Part shown: positions 63,401 through 64,000 of the stretch, in pieces | How positions within the stretch are numbered: position 1 is the stretch's first letter | Layout of the letters: every line of letters starts with the position of its first letter | Assembly (NCBI GenBank): GCA_003971905.1 | Contig: RSEE01000080.1 | Location: 248,001-312,000 of the forward strand | Length of the DNA: 64,000 nucleotides | Direction: 5' to 3' | Origin: Moniliella sp. 'wahieum' | Lineage: Eukaryota | The notes under the pieces: generated by a model | Seen by the model: only the letters and a program-made list of their open reading frames with translations | What the model was told of the DNA's origin: nothing | Databases searched by the model: none | Position numbers and translations under genes: made by a program

Positions 63401-64000
63401 CAACGATTGTTCCCTCGAGCCATGTGGGAGGGACTATGCCGGTCTCAAGACTGTGGTTCATAAGACCAAGTAGGTATCGAGCCGTGCGGGTATACAGGCC
63501 ATATATACCCAGATCTTTATCTCGTACTGCAATGTGAGACGTCTCGGGTAGTTCCTTGATGGTATAGAGCGTCTTTGCAGTCGAGTCACTTTCATACTTA
63601 AGTAGAGCTTTGTAAAAGGCGATCAGAATGCCGTTAGGGCCAGATGTGGCGCCTACATTGGCTCGTCTGATGGCCAAAAGGCGCTCCCGGGCAGAGAAGA
63701 GTTCATTCATTTCTGTACGCTCGGGAATGGGACTTGCACTTGCTTTTGTGTCCCAATACGAATAGTTTTTCGACCGTCCATCTTTGTCACTGTGTAGGTC
63801 GTGGAAGTATTCCTGAGTCGCCGTTTTGATGGCGTCCAGGTTGCGGTGGATAGTCCCGTCGGCTGTGCGTACGGGAGGACAGTTCCAGAGGCGGTTCCCT
63901 TTCTGTAGTGTCCAACATAGTTGTCTGCTGCGCGATGCAGTTCTTTGTGCTCGTTTAGCAAGAGGAGATTGGCCATTCTTTGGTTCTTTTGTAGCTCCAT
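60450..64000 (-). mobile_element. Non-LTR (LINE) retrotransposon, 3' part: RT ORF, ~0.9 kb 3' UTR and poly(A) tail abutting 28S rDNA; 5' end lies beyond the window
   Basis: T13 at 60447-60459 replaces the expected 28S continuation (CTTT|CGCCCC); RT ORF upstream on the same strand as the rRNA. Confidence 0.92.
61346..64000 (-). CDS. Non-LTR reverse transcriptase ORF with C-terminal zinc knuckle (split by a few frameshifts)
   Basis: SGPNGI, VPPTWLEGTIVAIDKPGD..NNKRGITI, QGGFRP, LFVDLRKAFDMVPH, GTKQGDNISPTLF, YADD (62854-62865), WGMQFGHAKC, YKYLGV, CPLC..HIIMVC (~61720-61805). Confidence 0.93.

Overview
GC-rich fungal genomic DNA; short GT-AG introns and the protein sequences suggest a basidiomycete, most likely Ustilaginomycotina. 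Bases 1-56,000 are a gene-dense single-copy region: TIF6, TIM9, SEC7, a GT32/OCH1-like transferase, CUE3/ASCC2-like, a GMC oxidoreductase, a quinone oxidoreductase, a CRAL-TRIO protein, an ATP-dependent DNA ligase, ELP5, RPL4, a secreted alpha/beta-hydrolase-like protein, an F-box protein, FRS2, SEC10, MED22 and PIM1/Lon, plus three intron-containing tRNAs. Almost every gene is broken by scattered frameshifts, best explained as assembly indel errors. The notable part is 56.4-64 kb. A divergent ~1.4 kb internal piece of 28S rDNA (minus strand) is cut at both ends. On the right it is joined through a poly(A) tail to a near-intact non-LTR retrotransposon, in rRNA sense, at ...GGGGCG|AAAGACTAATCGAACC. 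On the left it breaks inside the classical R1 target (TGTCCCTATC|) into a highly structured leader followed by a decayed L1-like remnant. This is a candidate rDNA-targeting retrotransposon system in a fungus. All gene calls come from motif recognition by eye, and many boundaries are approximate.
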